From contig RDEW01000052.1 of NCBI GenBank assembly GCA_011109175.1, forward strand, positions 248,001 through 312,000: a stretch of DNA of 64,000 nucleotides, read 5' to 3'. The DNA comes from Dicyema japonicum. Its lineage: Eukaryota; Animalia; Dicyemida. The translations under genes and the position numbers were made by a program. The notes below the pieces were generated by a model, which was not told the origin of the DNA, made no database searches, and saw only the letters and a list, made by a program, of their open reading frames with translations. Shown piece by piece: positions 52,940 through 64,000 of the stretch (the first letter of the stretch is position 1; each line of letters begins with the position of its first letter).

Positions 52940-54930
52940 GAATTTACTCTACTACTGATGAGACAACCCAATTCCAGCACTTAACAAAGACAAAACTAGC
53001 TTCGATGTACCACAACTTATAAAAGAACAAAAGGAGATAAAACTACTTCTAGAAAATACCTTGGATAAGGCGAGTGCTCGATTAGGTGTAAACGAACGTC
53101 TATTCAAAATAAAATAAAGAATTAACACACCACAAAAAATCAATTAAATTATTCCAAAGACCAAAGGTAATTGAAAAATAAATTGAATTGAAAAATAATC
53201 GATCCCGTGGACCAGACAACGTCAACCTAGAGTTTCTAAAATATAGACTCCCTGTGCCAATAATAAAAATTATTCCAAAGACCAAAGGTAATTGAAAAAT
53301 AAATTGAATTGAAAAATAATCGATCCCGTGGACCAGACAACGTCAACCTAGAGTTTCTAAAATATCGACTCCCTGTGCCAATAATAAAATTATTCCAAAG
53401 ACGAGTCTCTACGAACATATATTGAGAATAGAAACTCAAGCTAATGTAGCGACGGGTAGTACTTAGTTGAGACTGGATCACTTTTCTGTAGACGTCCATG
53501 AGTTACAATTCCTGGGATACTTGATGCTGATCTGAAGTACGTAAAAGTGAAATGTGGAGAACATTTTGAAAACTTGCGATAGGTTGATTAGGATCGCGGA
53601 AGGTATAACCAATTAGTTTGATGGTTTTAACTCCGAATGGGTAAAACAATGTATATTATGGTTTTATGCACGTTGCTTTAATAATAAAATCAATTTACGT
53701 CAAAATTTCAAATTTATAGTCAATAAAATGACCTTAGTCCTTACCGTTGGCTTGCAATTAAAACCTCATCCACAAAGTCTGTAAATGTAACCTGACATTA
53801 TTAAATTCTGTAAAGATCACTTTAAATAACTATTACTGTTAAATGTAATTAGTGTAGTCATATTAGTCAAATTTATTGTCAATAAAATGACCTTAGTCTT
53901 TACCGTTGGCTTGCAATTAAAACCTCATCCACAAAGTCTGTAAATGTAACCTGACATTATTAAATTTTGTAAAGATCATTTTGAATAACTATTACTGTTA
54001 AATGTAATTAGTGTAGTCATATTAGTCACTCTGCTCATTTATGCTAATCACTCTGCTCATTTATGTTAATAATTAAAATGATTCAGACGTTGTAAAAAAA
54101 CATTTAGAAAAGAAAATTTAACTATTATTTTTTAGAAATAATATAGCTTCGATCAGGTCTTCCTTCATAGAAGCTCGAAGGTCTGATTTGATAAATTTTA
54201 GCCCAGAAACAGCCTTTCTACGATGACTTGTGTAGGAAGTAGAGCAAGAGATCCCTTTTCAAAACAACTAGTTCATTGAGATGCATTTAAAATTTTTCAG
54301 CATCCATGAATATACTAATTTAATCAGATTGAAAAAACTTATTTAACACTGACTGACTTAGAGATGTAGTATTTTCTAAGGGGCACATTAAAGGAAAACA
54401 AATACCATTGAATGTTTTTATCACAATATTTAGAATATTTGGATGGAATCTAAATAAATGCCTCTTGAGATTGAAATATATAATTACGATGTAAAGACAT
54501 ATCAATTTGGGATACAATTAATATGGAAGAAAAAATAATTTAAAATTATTATATCTAGTATTAAATTAATTTAAATTAGTCAAAATTTGACGTGTCCTTA
54601 TCGACAATTAATATTTGAATTTTGTCTTATACTAATAAACAAAATCAATTTTTTTTATCACTGACTCCTACTCCAATTCCTCAAATATAATTTCTTCGAC
54701 TCCGACTCCACAGCCCTGTTAAATGCATTGTAATGACTTCTTTGCAAACGAGATGGGGCAGATGCTTTATATGATAAATCACAAAAATTGAGGTTTTCCC
54801 ATCAGTTTTTGATTCCCAAAATGAGGTCGAATTGTATTATGATTCTACAATGTATTCTAACGACAAATCGACTAAAATGAAGCAAATTATTTATTGTCCC
54901 AATAAAACGACTGAACTGCTCGTCTTAAAT
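52940..54930 (-). repeat. Inverted, internally deleted duplicate of about 36830-40690
   Basis: Reverse complement of the MITE with its exact flank (TTAAATGC), of about 39600-40200 and of about 40500-40690. Confidence 0.85.
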
Positions 54931-56299
54931 TAATAATCAATCATATATAGATAATCCAAAGGTTTTTTACATATTTTGTAGGTAGGATTTCAAGGTATGA
55001 TTTAGTGGTTGTGTACGTTAAACTCTGTTTTCTTTCTCTCGTATGGCCATCCAAACCTTTTTATTCTCATGTTATGACAACTACGTGAAATATTAAATTT
55101 GAATGATCATAACAAAATTTATCATAAAAACGATTTAAAAAATGAAAAACTCCTAGTTAACTTTTCATTTGTAATTTTGAAAGGGAGAGATCCCTAGAAG
55201 CAAAACTTAGAGATTTTTAATGATTTTAAATAAGAATCTGGTATTATCGACCCAGACAGTATCAACATCCCTGACGCTATGATATATGACATTATTTAAA
55301 TCCGAAAAGGGAACACCAAAAAAAGAGCAAATCATTTAATTAAAAATATATATATAGTGAGCGAGAGTGGAGTCATACTTTGTAGAGTCAACGGATTGTT
55401 TTTACAACGTTGGAATTTTGTAGGGACGAGAAGATTACTTTGTCATCATGTTTACTAAAAATTATTAGCAGTTCGTAAAAGTACGCCGCAGAATAGATTA
55501 AAATAAATAATTAAAAAATAAATTAAAGAAAATAAATTTAATTTTAAATCTAATTTTAGCTGGGACATCCATGAAATTTTATATCAAATCTTTTCCCGTC
55601 ACTTTTGTTTCACATCTATCGCACTAGAATAAAAGCCTACTTCACAGATGTTCATAACCTGATTTTTCTTTAACGGCAGCCACGTGAAGAACAAAAGATG
55701 CTGTGAAATGATCTCATAAATAGGATATTCACTTTAGGTAATTGTTACAAGAAGTCGAAGCTGGCAAAAAGCAGCCATATATTACTCCCAAAATTTTCCA
55801 GAAATTATTAAAATTGTCTCTGAATTTGAAGGAGATGGAGTTTAAATCAAAAATGTTTCGATTTTTAATTATTTTAAAAATCTTTCCACGTTGTTTTCAA
55901 GTTTAACCGAAATAATTTTAAAACTATTTGGTTTAATTGAAATGATTTCAAATACCTAACTACTCGATTATTCAATTGAAATTTTTATTCAGCATAGATT
56001 TTTCATTAGATCAATATAAAAATTATATATTATAAAGCTTCATAAATTAGGGATACTAAGTATTCTTGATTTCTAAATAAAAATATTTCGCCAGAAATTT
56101 GTTGCGGGATCTCAGCCTCAGTTGAAAATGCGATATCTCTTTTGACGAAAATTCTAACTAAAAATCGATACTTTAAACCTGAAAATGTTCAGGAATACAG
56201 TTAACCCTATTAATCTGAACTAAAAAAATTTTGATGCCTTTCGGATTGTGAAGGGAATAAATATATTAATTTCATTGTAGTTAATATTTATGTTTTCAC

Positions 56300-57125
56300 A
56301 TATAATATTAATCTTTTCACTTTTACATCAATAATTTCCTCGTCGACATTATAATCTTCACAAAGAATGACGATTTCGTTCTCGTCGAGCCCTTCTGTTT
56401 GAGTTATTTCTTGTTCATTAGCAAGTTCAGATCTTTCGATATCCATTCAAAACAGGATCCTGCATTATATCTTCATTAGCAAATTAATCATGACATTTAA
56501 TTGCCTCAGTCTTTTTAAACAATTTTTGTTGTTTTCATTTACTTAGTGTGTTAGATACCATAATGATGGCTTTCCGCAAATTCACAAAAATAATATTTTT
56601 CCAAATCAAGGGTATAATTTCCAAAATAAGTTTTTTTCTATAATAATGTTTAAATTTTTGATTATGTTTGCATCCATGGTTGAAGATGTGTAGTTGTGTT
56701 TTTGGAAGGAATAGAATTTCAATTGTCAATAATTTCGTTAAAACGAGGAGCATTATCAAGCAGTAAAAAGACCTTTTATCTGCAACAGTTTAATTTATAA
56801 CAATAATGACTGATGAAAACGTTAAAAATCCTGTTGTCATTCAATCCATTTTATTTACATAGTGCAATGATTTTCAAAGTCAAATCTTTTAAAAATCTTT
56901 GTCATTTAATATGGCCGGAAAATAGATTAATTTTTATTGTTCCAGTTGGAGCTATATTAATCCTCACTTTTGATTTCTTTATGCCATTTCTATCTTTAGA
57001 TGAAATTGTTCTAGAAGGTAAAATTGAAAAAAGAGTCCAGTTTCATCCATGTTTAGTAATACGTCATGATCAACCTCTTTTAACTAATCATATTTGTCTA
57101 TTCAAATTAATTTTCTTGTGTTAAG
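56300..57125 (-). mobile_element. pogo/Tigger-like DDE transposase remnant
   Basis: LLNMDETGLFF, LPSRT, LLLDNAP, FLPKNTTTHLQP(M)D, FKHYYRKKL, acidic C-terminus. Confidence 0.78.
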
Positions 57126-57138
57126 CTGATAGCTCATA

Positions 57139-57690
57139 GGTGAGGTGGTTACGTGCCTCGTTTCTTCTCTGTACAAATGTCTAGAAAGCAGAAGATATAA
57201 AAGAATATGCATGCCCTAAAGTTTCTTACATTCAATTCTAGAGGAATATCTAAACCTCAGTCAGGAAATACTCTCTGTGATGACCTAGAAACATATAACG
57301 TTTCTATTGGCTGTATAAAAGAGACTAAAATCTATCTCGATGAATACCACGGAAGATATCGTCTATTATGTCTACCTAATGACTCAAAACACTATGGTCT
57401 TGGATTCGCCATTCACAGAAAACTATCATCTGCCACCAGTCGCATTTGGCGGGTGAATAACAGGATCTGCGTAATACAGATTCACCTGAACAATCAATTT
57501 TCTCCTAAAAATACACTAACAATTATAAATGTATATGCACCACACAGTGGAAAAGTGGCAAAAAACCCGACCGAAATGGATGAATTTTACTCAGCATTAT
57601 CAAAGACGTATATGAGTCGTTTTCACTTATATTCATTGCTGGCGATCTGAATGCGAAAATTGGAACAAAAAAGAACCGATGCGAGAAAAC
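57139..57690 (+). mobile_element. RTE 5' end and APE domain, joined to a CRE 3' fragment
   Basis: ORF 57207-57650: LTFNSRGI, CIKETK, YGLGFAI, INVYAPH, then GDLNAKIG. Confidence 0.85.
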
Positions 57691-57699
57691 AGTCGATGC

Positions 57700-58235
57700 G
57701 AAGGGATTGCACCCGCTGTCCTGCAAAACGGTCCGGAAGAGGAACACGTCACGCTGCTCTGAAGGCTAAAGGCTTCCCAGCACAGTTTGAACCAGTGGAT
57801 TTTGACCGAGGAAATGGAAAGAGACCTGACGGGATGACGCTTTTCTTTTTCAAATCCGGAAAATCTTCGGTCTGGGAACAACTTGTGTTGACACGTTCTC
57901 TAACACGAATCTTTACAAATCAGTTCAGACACCTTTGAGCGGCTACTTCGACAGCGGAAAACCTAAAAACCAAAAAATATTCCTGCCTCGGGGACCGCTA
58001 GCGATTTACTCATGTTGCGGCTGAGTCATCTGAAGCCGTTGGATTAATGTCGGCTGAGTTCTTGCGCGAACTCGGTGGAATGCTTGCCAGGAAAAAAAGG
58101 AATCAACGAGAAGGGTTATGGCTGAGACAAAAGATTGGAATGGCCATACTCCGAGGGAACACGTTCTCGATACACGCAGCCGGCTTCCTCAACTAACATT
58201 TGCTTTTCTGTTAAATAATTGTCATTTTTTTCTAA
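57700..58235 (+). mobile_element. CRE-clade RLE retrotransposon 3' fragment
   Basis: GRGTRHAAL..FEPVDFDRGNGKRPDGMTL..K.KKY..LRQKIGMAILRGN, the CRE-type RLE signature. Confidence 0.82.
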
Positions 58236-58321
58236 AAAAATAATTCAACTAAATTAAATATTATATTAAATAGAACCAATTAAGTTAGTATAATAATTAA
58301 AAATATTTGTAGTTAATGGAC

Positions 58322-58915
58322 TTAAGGTCTTCTGTGATATTTTAATATTAAAAAGATTCCAGCAATACCTATAATTCCGACAATTACAAAAACTGCAATG
58401 TATTCTAAATTTAAATATTTTAGGTACTTTTTAGACCACTGTTTGCTAAACTATATGTTTTGGCTATCGTAGAGAAAAAACCTGTTGAGTTTAAATCGTT
58501 ATCTGCATTAATTATTTATCTACTTTTTCGAATATTTGTAATGATAGTTGTTGTAATAGTTTTTGCATTCGTAGTCGAAAAAAAGTTGTGTTTAATTCGC
58601 TATCTAATTTAAGTGTATTAACTACCTTTTTGACTGCTTTGACTGCTAGTTGTGGAAATAAATGTTTTTGGATTCGTGGTCGAAGTACTTGTCGACTTTA
58701 TTTCGTCTTCTAAATTTAAGTAAGTTATGTACCTTTTGGACTACTTTGAATAGTAGTTGTAGCAATATATGTATTCTGGTTCGTGATGACTAAAGTTGTT
58801 GATTGGAAATCATTATTTTTTGTTTATAAAATTCACATTCTAATGCTAACAATGATTAGATGTTAATAACCATTTCCAGTAAAACTTGTACTATTATCTG
58901 TTTTCAATAATTGGG
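58322..58915 (-). pseudogene. LAMP-like paralog C (3' half) with tandem Ser/Thr-rich exons
   Basis: LLKTDNSTSFTGN matches copy A ILKTDNFTLFTGN; five phase-1 introns of 25, 23, 22, 21 and 23 nt; TM helix YIAVFVIVGIIGIAGIFLIL; at least three 1-nt lesions. Confidence 0.75.
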
Positions 58916-58919
58916 CTTA

Positions 58920-59480
58920 CACAGGAAAAGATCAAATGAAGGCGAAAATAAACCAGAGCAGCACCATTAAGGTTCCTCATCCACTGCTATGAGCTCCAAG
59001 AAAGTTTCATTTCTGAAGTGTTCCCATTTTTGAGTTCTAATCGCCTGCAAGGAAGGTGTGGGAAAAGCACGTATATCCCCAATCACCACGACGAGATCCG
59101 AGATTTTTAATTTCTTGAGGACGTCTCAATGCTATGCCCATTTTTGGTGCGTAAATGTTAATAATCGTTAAGGCGTTTTCCCGGTTATTAAGTGTAGTAT
59201 TGATATACCGTCACTGACACTCCAACACTTTTGGATCGAGTTGGCAAATCTTTTGTGTACCGAAAAAATTTTCCATAGTGTCGACACTCAGGCTTTACGG
59301 AATATTAACCTGTATGTTCCGCTACTTCGCCCAGATCTCTGTTTTAGCTTTGTCTCTTGGAACAATCGACAGACTCCATAACAACGAGATCTTGTAGATA
59401 TATTTGATAATTCAACAAGCTAACTCATCTAGTTACTTCGATTCCATCAAAAGTGAGTCTCTTCACTTGGATGAAAACGC
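58920..59480 (-). mobile_element. RTE APE fragment truncating LAMP paralog C
   Basis: FQETKL, ECRHYG, LTIINIYAP remnants. Confidence 0.6.
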
Positions 59481-61189
59481 AAAAGCGACATCGCGATTGC
59501 TTTCTTCTTTCCTACATTGACGTAATCTTTGTGAGATCCATTTTCAGATAATCCATGATCTTAATTTGACCCATACTAACATCATCATTGATTCTCTTCC
59601 TATTCTACCCAATTCAATAAACCAGACATTTTCCACATTTTTTTTAATTCGCTCAATATGTATCAAAATTCTTTTCAAAAATAAAGATTTAAATTTTATC
59701 GGAGCTAGAACTAATATATTATCTGAATAATAATCACTTTCGAATTAGAGTGTTCTACTTTAGGTACTTCACTTATCACTTAACTCTCGTCATATTAATA
59801 CTTGTCTACTCTAGTATATATAAGTTGTTCTCGCTAGTCATTTTTAAAGAATTATTATTCGGTCTCTTATCTACGGATGTGAATGGTGGTATTTTTCCCC
59901 CAAGAGAGAGACATTAACAAACCTTCTTGATAAGAATAGGAGGATGGCGATCAAGAAATTTATGACTGTATAACTACTTGATAACGAAACAGTCCAATAT
60001 AATTGGAAAAATGAATTTTAAATATTTTTGTTATCATATCAACGATGAAATAGATATCAGCGAGAAATTTACAGTGTGAAGTTATAAAGATACGGAACGT
60101 TGTTTCATAATGCTTATTAATGTTGTCATACAAGAAAATCTAAAAATTTTTTTAGTTATACAGATTTTAAGAAAGTATTGTGAATTTACTACGAAAAAAA
60201 ACAAAAGAACATGAAAATCACAGATTTTTATCAAAAAATAAAGTCTTTTTAATTTTAATAAATATTATAATTATTTTTTATTATAAATTAATTTATCTAC
60301 ATTTTTATTAAGATTTTCATCAAGAACTTCATTTTTGGTGAAAACCTAAAAAATTGTGGAATTTCCGCCCCATTTCTGGTTCTGACTGTATTATGTTGTA
60401 TTTAAGTTGGATTTGACTCTTAAATACTTTCTATTATTGAAAGTGTAATTGTCATCAAAACTTGCCTATTTTATTTCCAAAAAGAGAATATCATATATCT
60501 ATGTTTACAGATTAGTGATATTATTTTAATATGGTTTACTATAGCTGGCGAAAATAATCCTTTTACAGATGTTGACTGTCTTTCAATATCATCTTACCTA
60601 ATGTCCTAACTGTTTATAAAACAATTACAATGACTTGACATCGTGTGTCCTTTTGCAGTCAATTTGTTATATATTATCTAATTAGTGAAATTAATTTAAA
60701 GACAACTCCTATATGTGACACTTGTCAACATCATAATGTCAATTCTAGTTATTTTTGTTATAAGTTTATCAAAACCACAATTAAATAACAATAATGTTTA
60801 AAGATTAGAGACTAAAGTTAGCGATATCGGGATGGATGATCCGAATCCCCATACACAGATATTGTTGAATCACTGTCGTAGTACTCCTCATTCAATTCAA
60901 TCTGTGAGAATTGGCAACTATAATATTTCATAAAATAAACTTAAGATTGGAATCACCATCCATTTGAGAATCATAATTGGAGTCCCCAGTTATATTTATT
61001 CCGTCAATAAATTGATTGTTTGTTGCCTTCTCTTGTTTATTATTAAAATTTCCTCTCATCTTAACCATTTGTCTAACAAATTCAAGTATTTCTGCTATTT
61101 ATGAATTTTATTTTATTATATTAAATAAATATTAAATAAATAAAATATTTTATTTAACATTTTCTTTTTGGTAACCATTGGATCATTTC

Positions 61190-62143
61190 TTGATCAGGAT
61201 ATCTATTTTCGAGTGGAGAAAGACTTCAACACATTTGTTTGTTCGGAAGCAGTGTCACACGTCCGAATTATTATTTTCTGAACTCCCTCTACTTCTCCGA
61301 AAGCAATGGTACCCAATTCTGATACAATTTTCACGATCTCCTCAGAAATATTCGCATAAAAGTAGTCGATTTAATATACAAGCAACATACCTTCGTTCAG
61401 CCAAATTTATCAGCAATTTTTCTATGCTAATCTGAGAAGGAAGTATTTTACTTAGCCAATAACAGCACGAGGCTCTTGAGAACTCCGGATAACTCCAACA
61501 ATGGACTGAGCAATAACTGTGGTCAAACTCTCTTCTCTAAAGATCAGTCTCTTTGCTAGATATAGATAGAAAGCCAAGGAGAAGGAGCACAGCAGAGATT
61601 CATCGAATGTCGGTAGAGACTATAATCGGATATCATAAAACTTTGATATTCCTGAGAAAGGCTCGAATTACATCCTCCTTGAGTAGATTGAACCTTGTAA
61701 CAAGAATTTCCATGCATTCATACATTCTGTCCTTAGTGGAATCGTCCTGAAATTTAGAGTTCAGTTGTTTGATCAGAGTTTTAAGCAGAAATATTAGGTT
61801 ATTCTAAAATTAAGAGATAAACACAGTACTGTGGTGGGGAGCTTCAAAGCTAGCACGATGTATCTGCAGAGGTCAATTGAATGAACATTTTCTGATAGAC
61901 TGAGAGACTTTTCAATAATTTGGGGGAAATTATCTCCGGAAATGTTTAATTTGTAAAAAATATTCAAAATCTGAAAAAGATTGTGGGAATCAAGTCTGAA
62001 TTTCTCTATGAACATACTTTGTTATCAATTCTTCTACAAAAAATGAAGGACATTTAACGGTTGATTTGTTGGAGTTATCTTTGGTAATAATCTTCATCAG
62101 TAAAAAGTAGTAATCAGCAGGAAAGAACTCAAAACTAAAATAT
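61190..62143 (-). pseudogene. Unidentified helical host protein, copy 2: central exons in frame, 5' exons deleted
   Basis: FEFFPADYYFLL...SQEPRA reads open after removing introns of 22, 26 and 22 nt; the 3' splice model is unresolved. Confidence 0.7.
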
Positions 62144-62244
62144 GTCCATAAGCCTCTGAGGCATTTCAGAACATTAGTTTTCGTTTCGCATTGTCAAAAA
62201 AGGTAAAAATTTAATTTTTTAAGTCAATAAAGTCAAGTTTTTTT

Positions 62245-64000
62245 GGTGAGGTTGTGACGTCCCTCGTTTCTTGATTGGATCGCAATTGAGAAAAATGTCA
62301 AAAAGACAAGGGATACAAAGGAATGCATCTCGTCTAAAGGTCCTTACGTTCAATGCTAGAGGCTTATCGACGACCTGGTCGAGGAAGATTCTCAGTGACA
62401 ACCTGGAGAGATACGACGTATCTATTGGGTGCCTACAAGAGACGAAAGTTACTTGTAGCCTTGATGAGAACCATGGCGAATATCGAATTATATGTCAGCC
62501 GAGCGACTCAAAATATTATGGATTGGATTTGCCATCCACTCAAAGTTGACAAGTGCAGTCCACCGTATATAGAGTGTGAATGACAGGATCTGTGTTATAC
62601 AATTCCGACTAAACGACCTACCTTCTTCGAAGATCTTTCTGACAATTGCAAATGTTTATGCGCCACACTGCAGGAGACTAGCGAAAGATCCGACAGTACT
62701 AGACGACTTCTATTCAACACTGTTACGGACGTATAATGAATATGAGTCGTCATCACTAGTACTCACTGCTGGGAATTTGAATGCAAAAATCGGGATGAAG
62801 AATAACCCGAATGATGTTTTCTTGGGAGAACATGTGCGTGGAATAAGAAACCTACCCGGAACAAATCTTGGTAACTTTTGTATGTCACACAACCTTTTCC
62901 TATGCAATACTGTATTTACGCATCCTGCCTGCCACAAAACTACGTGGATAAGGAAGCGAAGGAACTCAGATGGAAAGCTGGTCCCAATATACAACCAAAT
63001 AGATTATGTCATATGCTCTGCTAAAGACATACACCTTCTAGTAAACGCACGTTCAAATGAAGGCTCGACGACTGTCAGCGACCAAAAAATAGTTATTGCG
63101 ACCTTCATCCTTAAAAAACATGCCAGCAAATACAAGAATGCCAAAAATCACGAATTTGAGAAAATCAGAGGCGACTACGAGACTGAAAGGCTGATTTCCC
63201 AACCGGAGACTACTGAGAGATATCAACAATACATTCAGACTCATATGCAAGACTTATTGGTGGATACCCCGTAAGAAGACTCCTGGAAACGCATAGAGGA
63301 CACCACCAACGAAACTGCTGCAGCATGTATTGACAAATGGGAGAATAGTAAAATGCACCTGAAGGCTATTCATCCTGATGTTCCTGAGCTTGCGAAAAGT
63401 TTAAAATAAATAAATATGAGAAAATCAAATGCCACTGACACTAATACGATAAAAGCCTTTCAAGGCGAAAGGCAACGTGTCAGAATAAAAATAAAGGGTC
63501 TGAACAAAAAGCTTTTCATAGTAGAAATAGCTTCATGTATAGAAGAAGTAAACAAAGTGAAAGACAACGCAAAGGCAACGTGTCAGAATAAAAATAAAGG
63601 GTCTGAACAAAAAGCTTTTCATAGTAGAAATAGCTTCATGTATAGAAGAAGTAAACAAAGTGAAAGACAACGCACAAGTGTACGTCTCTCCCCGTATGCT
63701 GCGGTGAACAAACAGAAGTCGACTAAACATAAAAGACGAGAACTGTAAGCTGATACTGAACACCAAAGAACAAACTGAAGCCATCGCGGCTCACTTTGAG
63801 AAGCTTTTCAACATAAAAACAATAGAAATCCACCCATTTGATGGAAGGCCAAAACCCCTTGAGACACCAATCACGTCCGAGGAAATCAAAACGACCTCCC
63901 GAAAACTCAAGAAAAACAGATGCCCCGGACCAGATGAGATAAACCCAGAATTATTAAAATTTGGCCGTGATCTCCTTTTTGAAAAAATCGTAACACTACT
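62245..64000 (+). mobile_element. RTE-clade LINE (APE plus start of RT), runs off the window
   Basis: LTFNARGL, IANVYAPH, GNLNAKIG, HKTTW, NQIDYVI, SDQKIV, CPGPDEI. Confidence 0.92.

Noticed and set aside
56813-57124. Plus-strand 103-aa membrane protein
   Set aside because: It is the antisense shadow of the pogo/Tigger DDE remnant. Many other short track ORFs (for example 18559-18942, 24582-24818, 41723-42055) are similar shadows.
60400-61070. Possible minus-strand host gene (MVKMRGNFNNKQEK..., one 23-nt intron)
   Set aside because: It stops after about 76 codons with no recognisable motif or consistent further exons; too weak to list.

Overview
AT-rich eukaryotic scaffold with two N gaps (19673-20283, 35327-36106) and single-N joins at 11362, 13634 and 16656. 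It is not prokaryotic: I saw no operons, rRNA, CRISPR array or convincing tRNA gene. Most of the window is decayed or rearranged transposons. These are R4-clade and CRE-clade restriction-like-endonuclease (RLE) retroelements, several RTE subfamilies, ingi/Vingi-like LINEs with a 2A-like motif, CR1-like fragments, a tRNA-derived SINE, three hAT elements and a pogo/Tigger remnant. The ORF track misses the host genes because they are split by ultra-short GT-AG introns of about 19-28 nt. I could reconstruct by hand a complete 12-exon S6 kinase (15174-16625, minus, 400 aa, 11 introns of 21-25 nt), a MARVEL-domain protein (41617-42156, plus, 164 aa) and a LAMP-like type I membrane protein (20442-21385, minus, 274 aa) with two damaged paralogs. 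There are also two complementary broken copies of an unidentified helical protein and a tentative LRR/ARM gene. The genes look animal-like and the introns are tiny, which suggests a genome-reduced parasitic animal such as a dicyemid or myxozoan (inference, unverified). Other structure includes a 13/26/52-bp higher-order satellite built on the telomeric CCCTAA hexamer, three segmental duplications (one inverted), an RTE with a roughly 234-bp flanking direct repeat, and at least 11 tandem duplications of 88-172 bp that may be partly assembly artefacts. I found no clearly new multi-gene system; the strongest leads are under findings.
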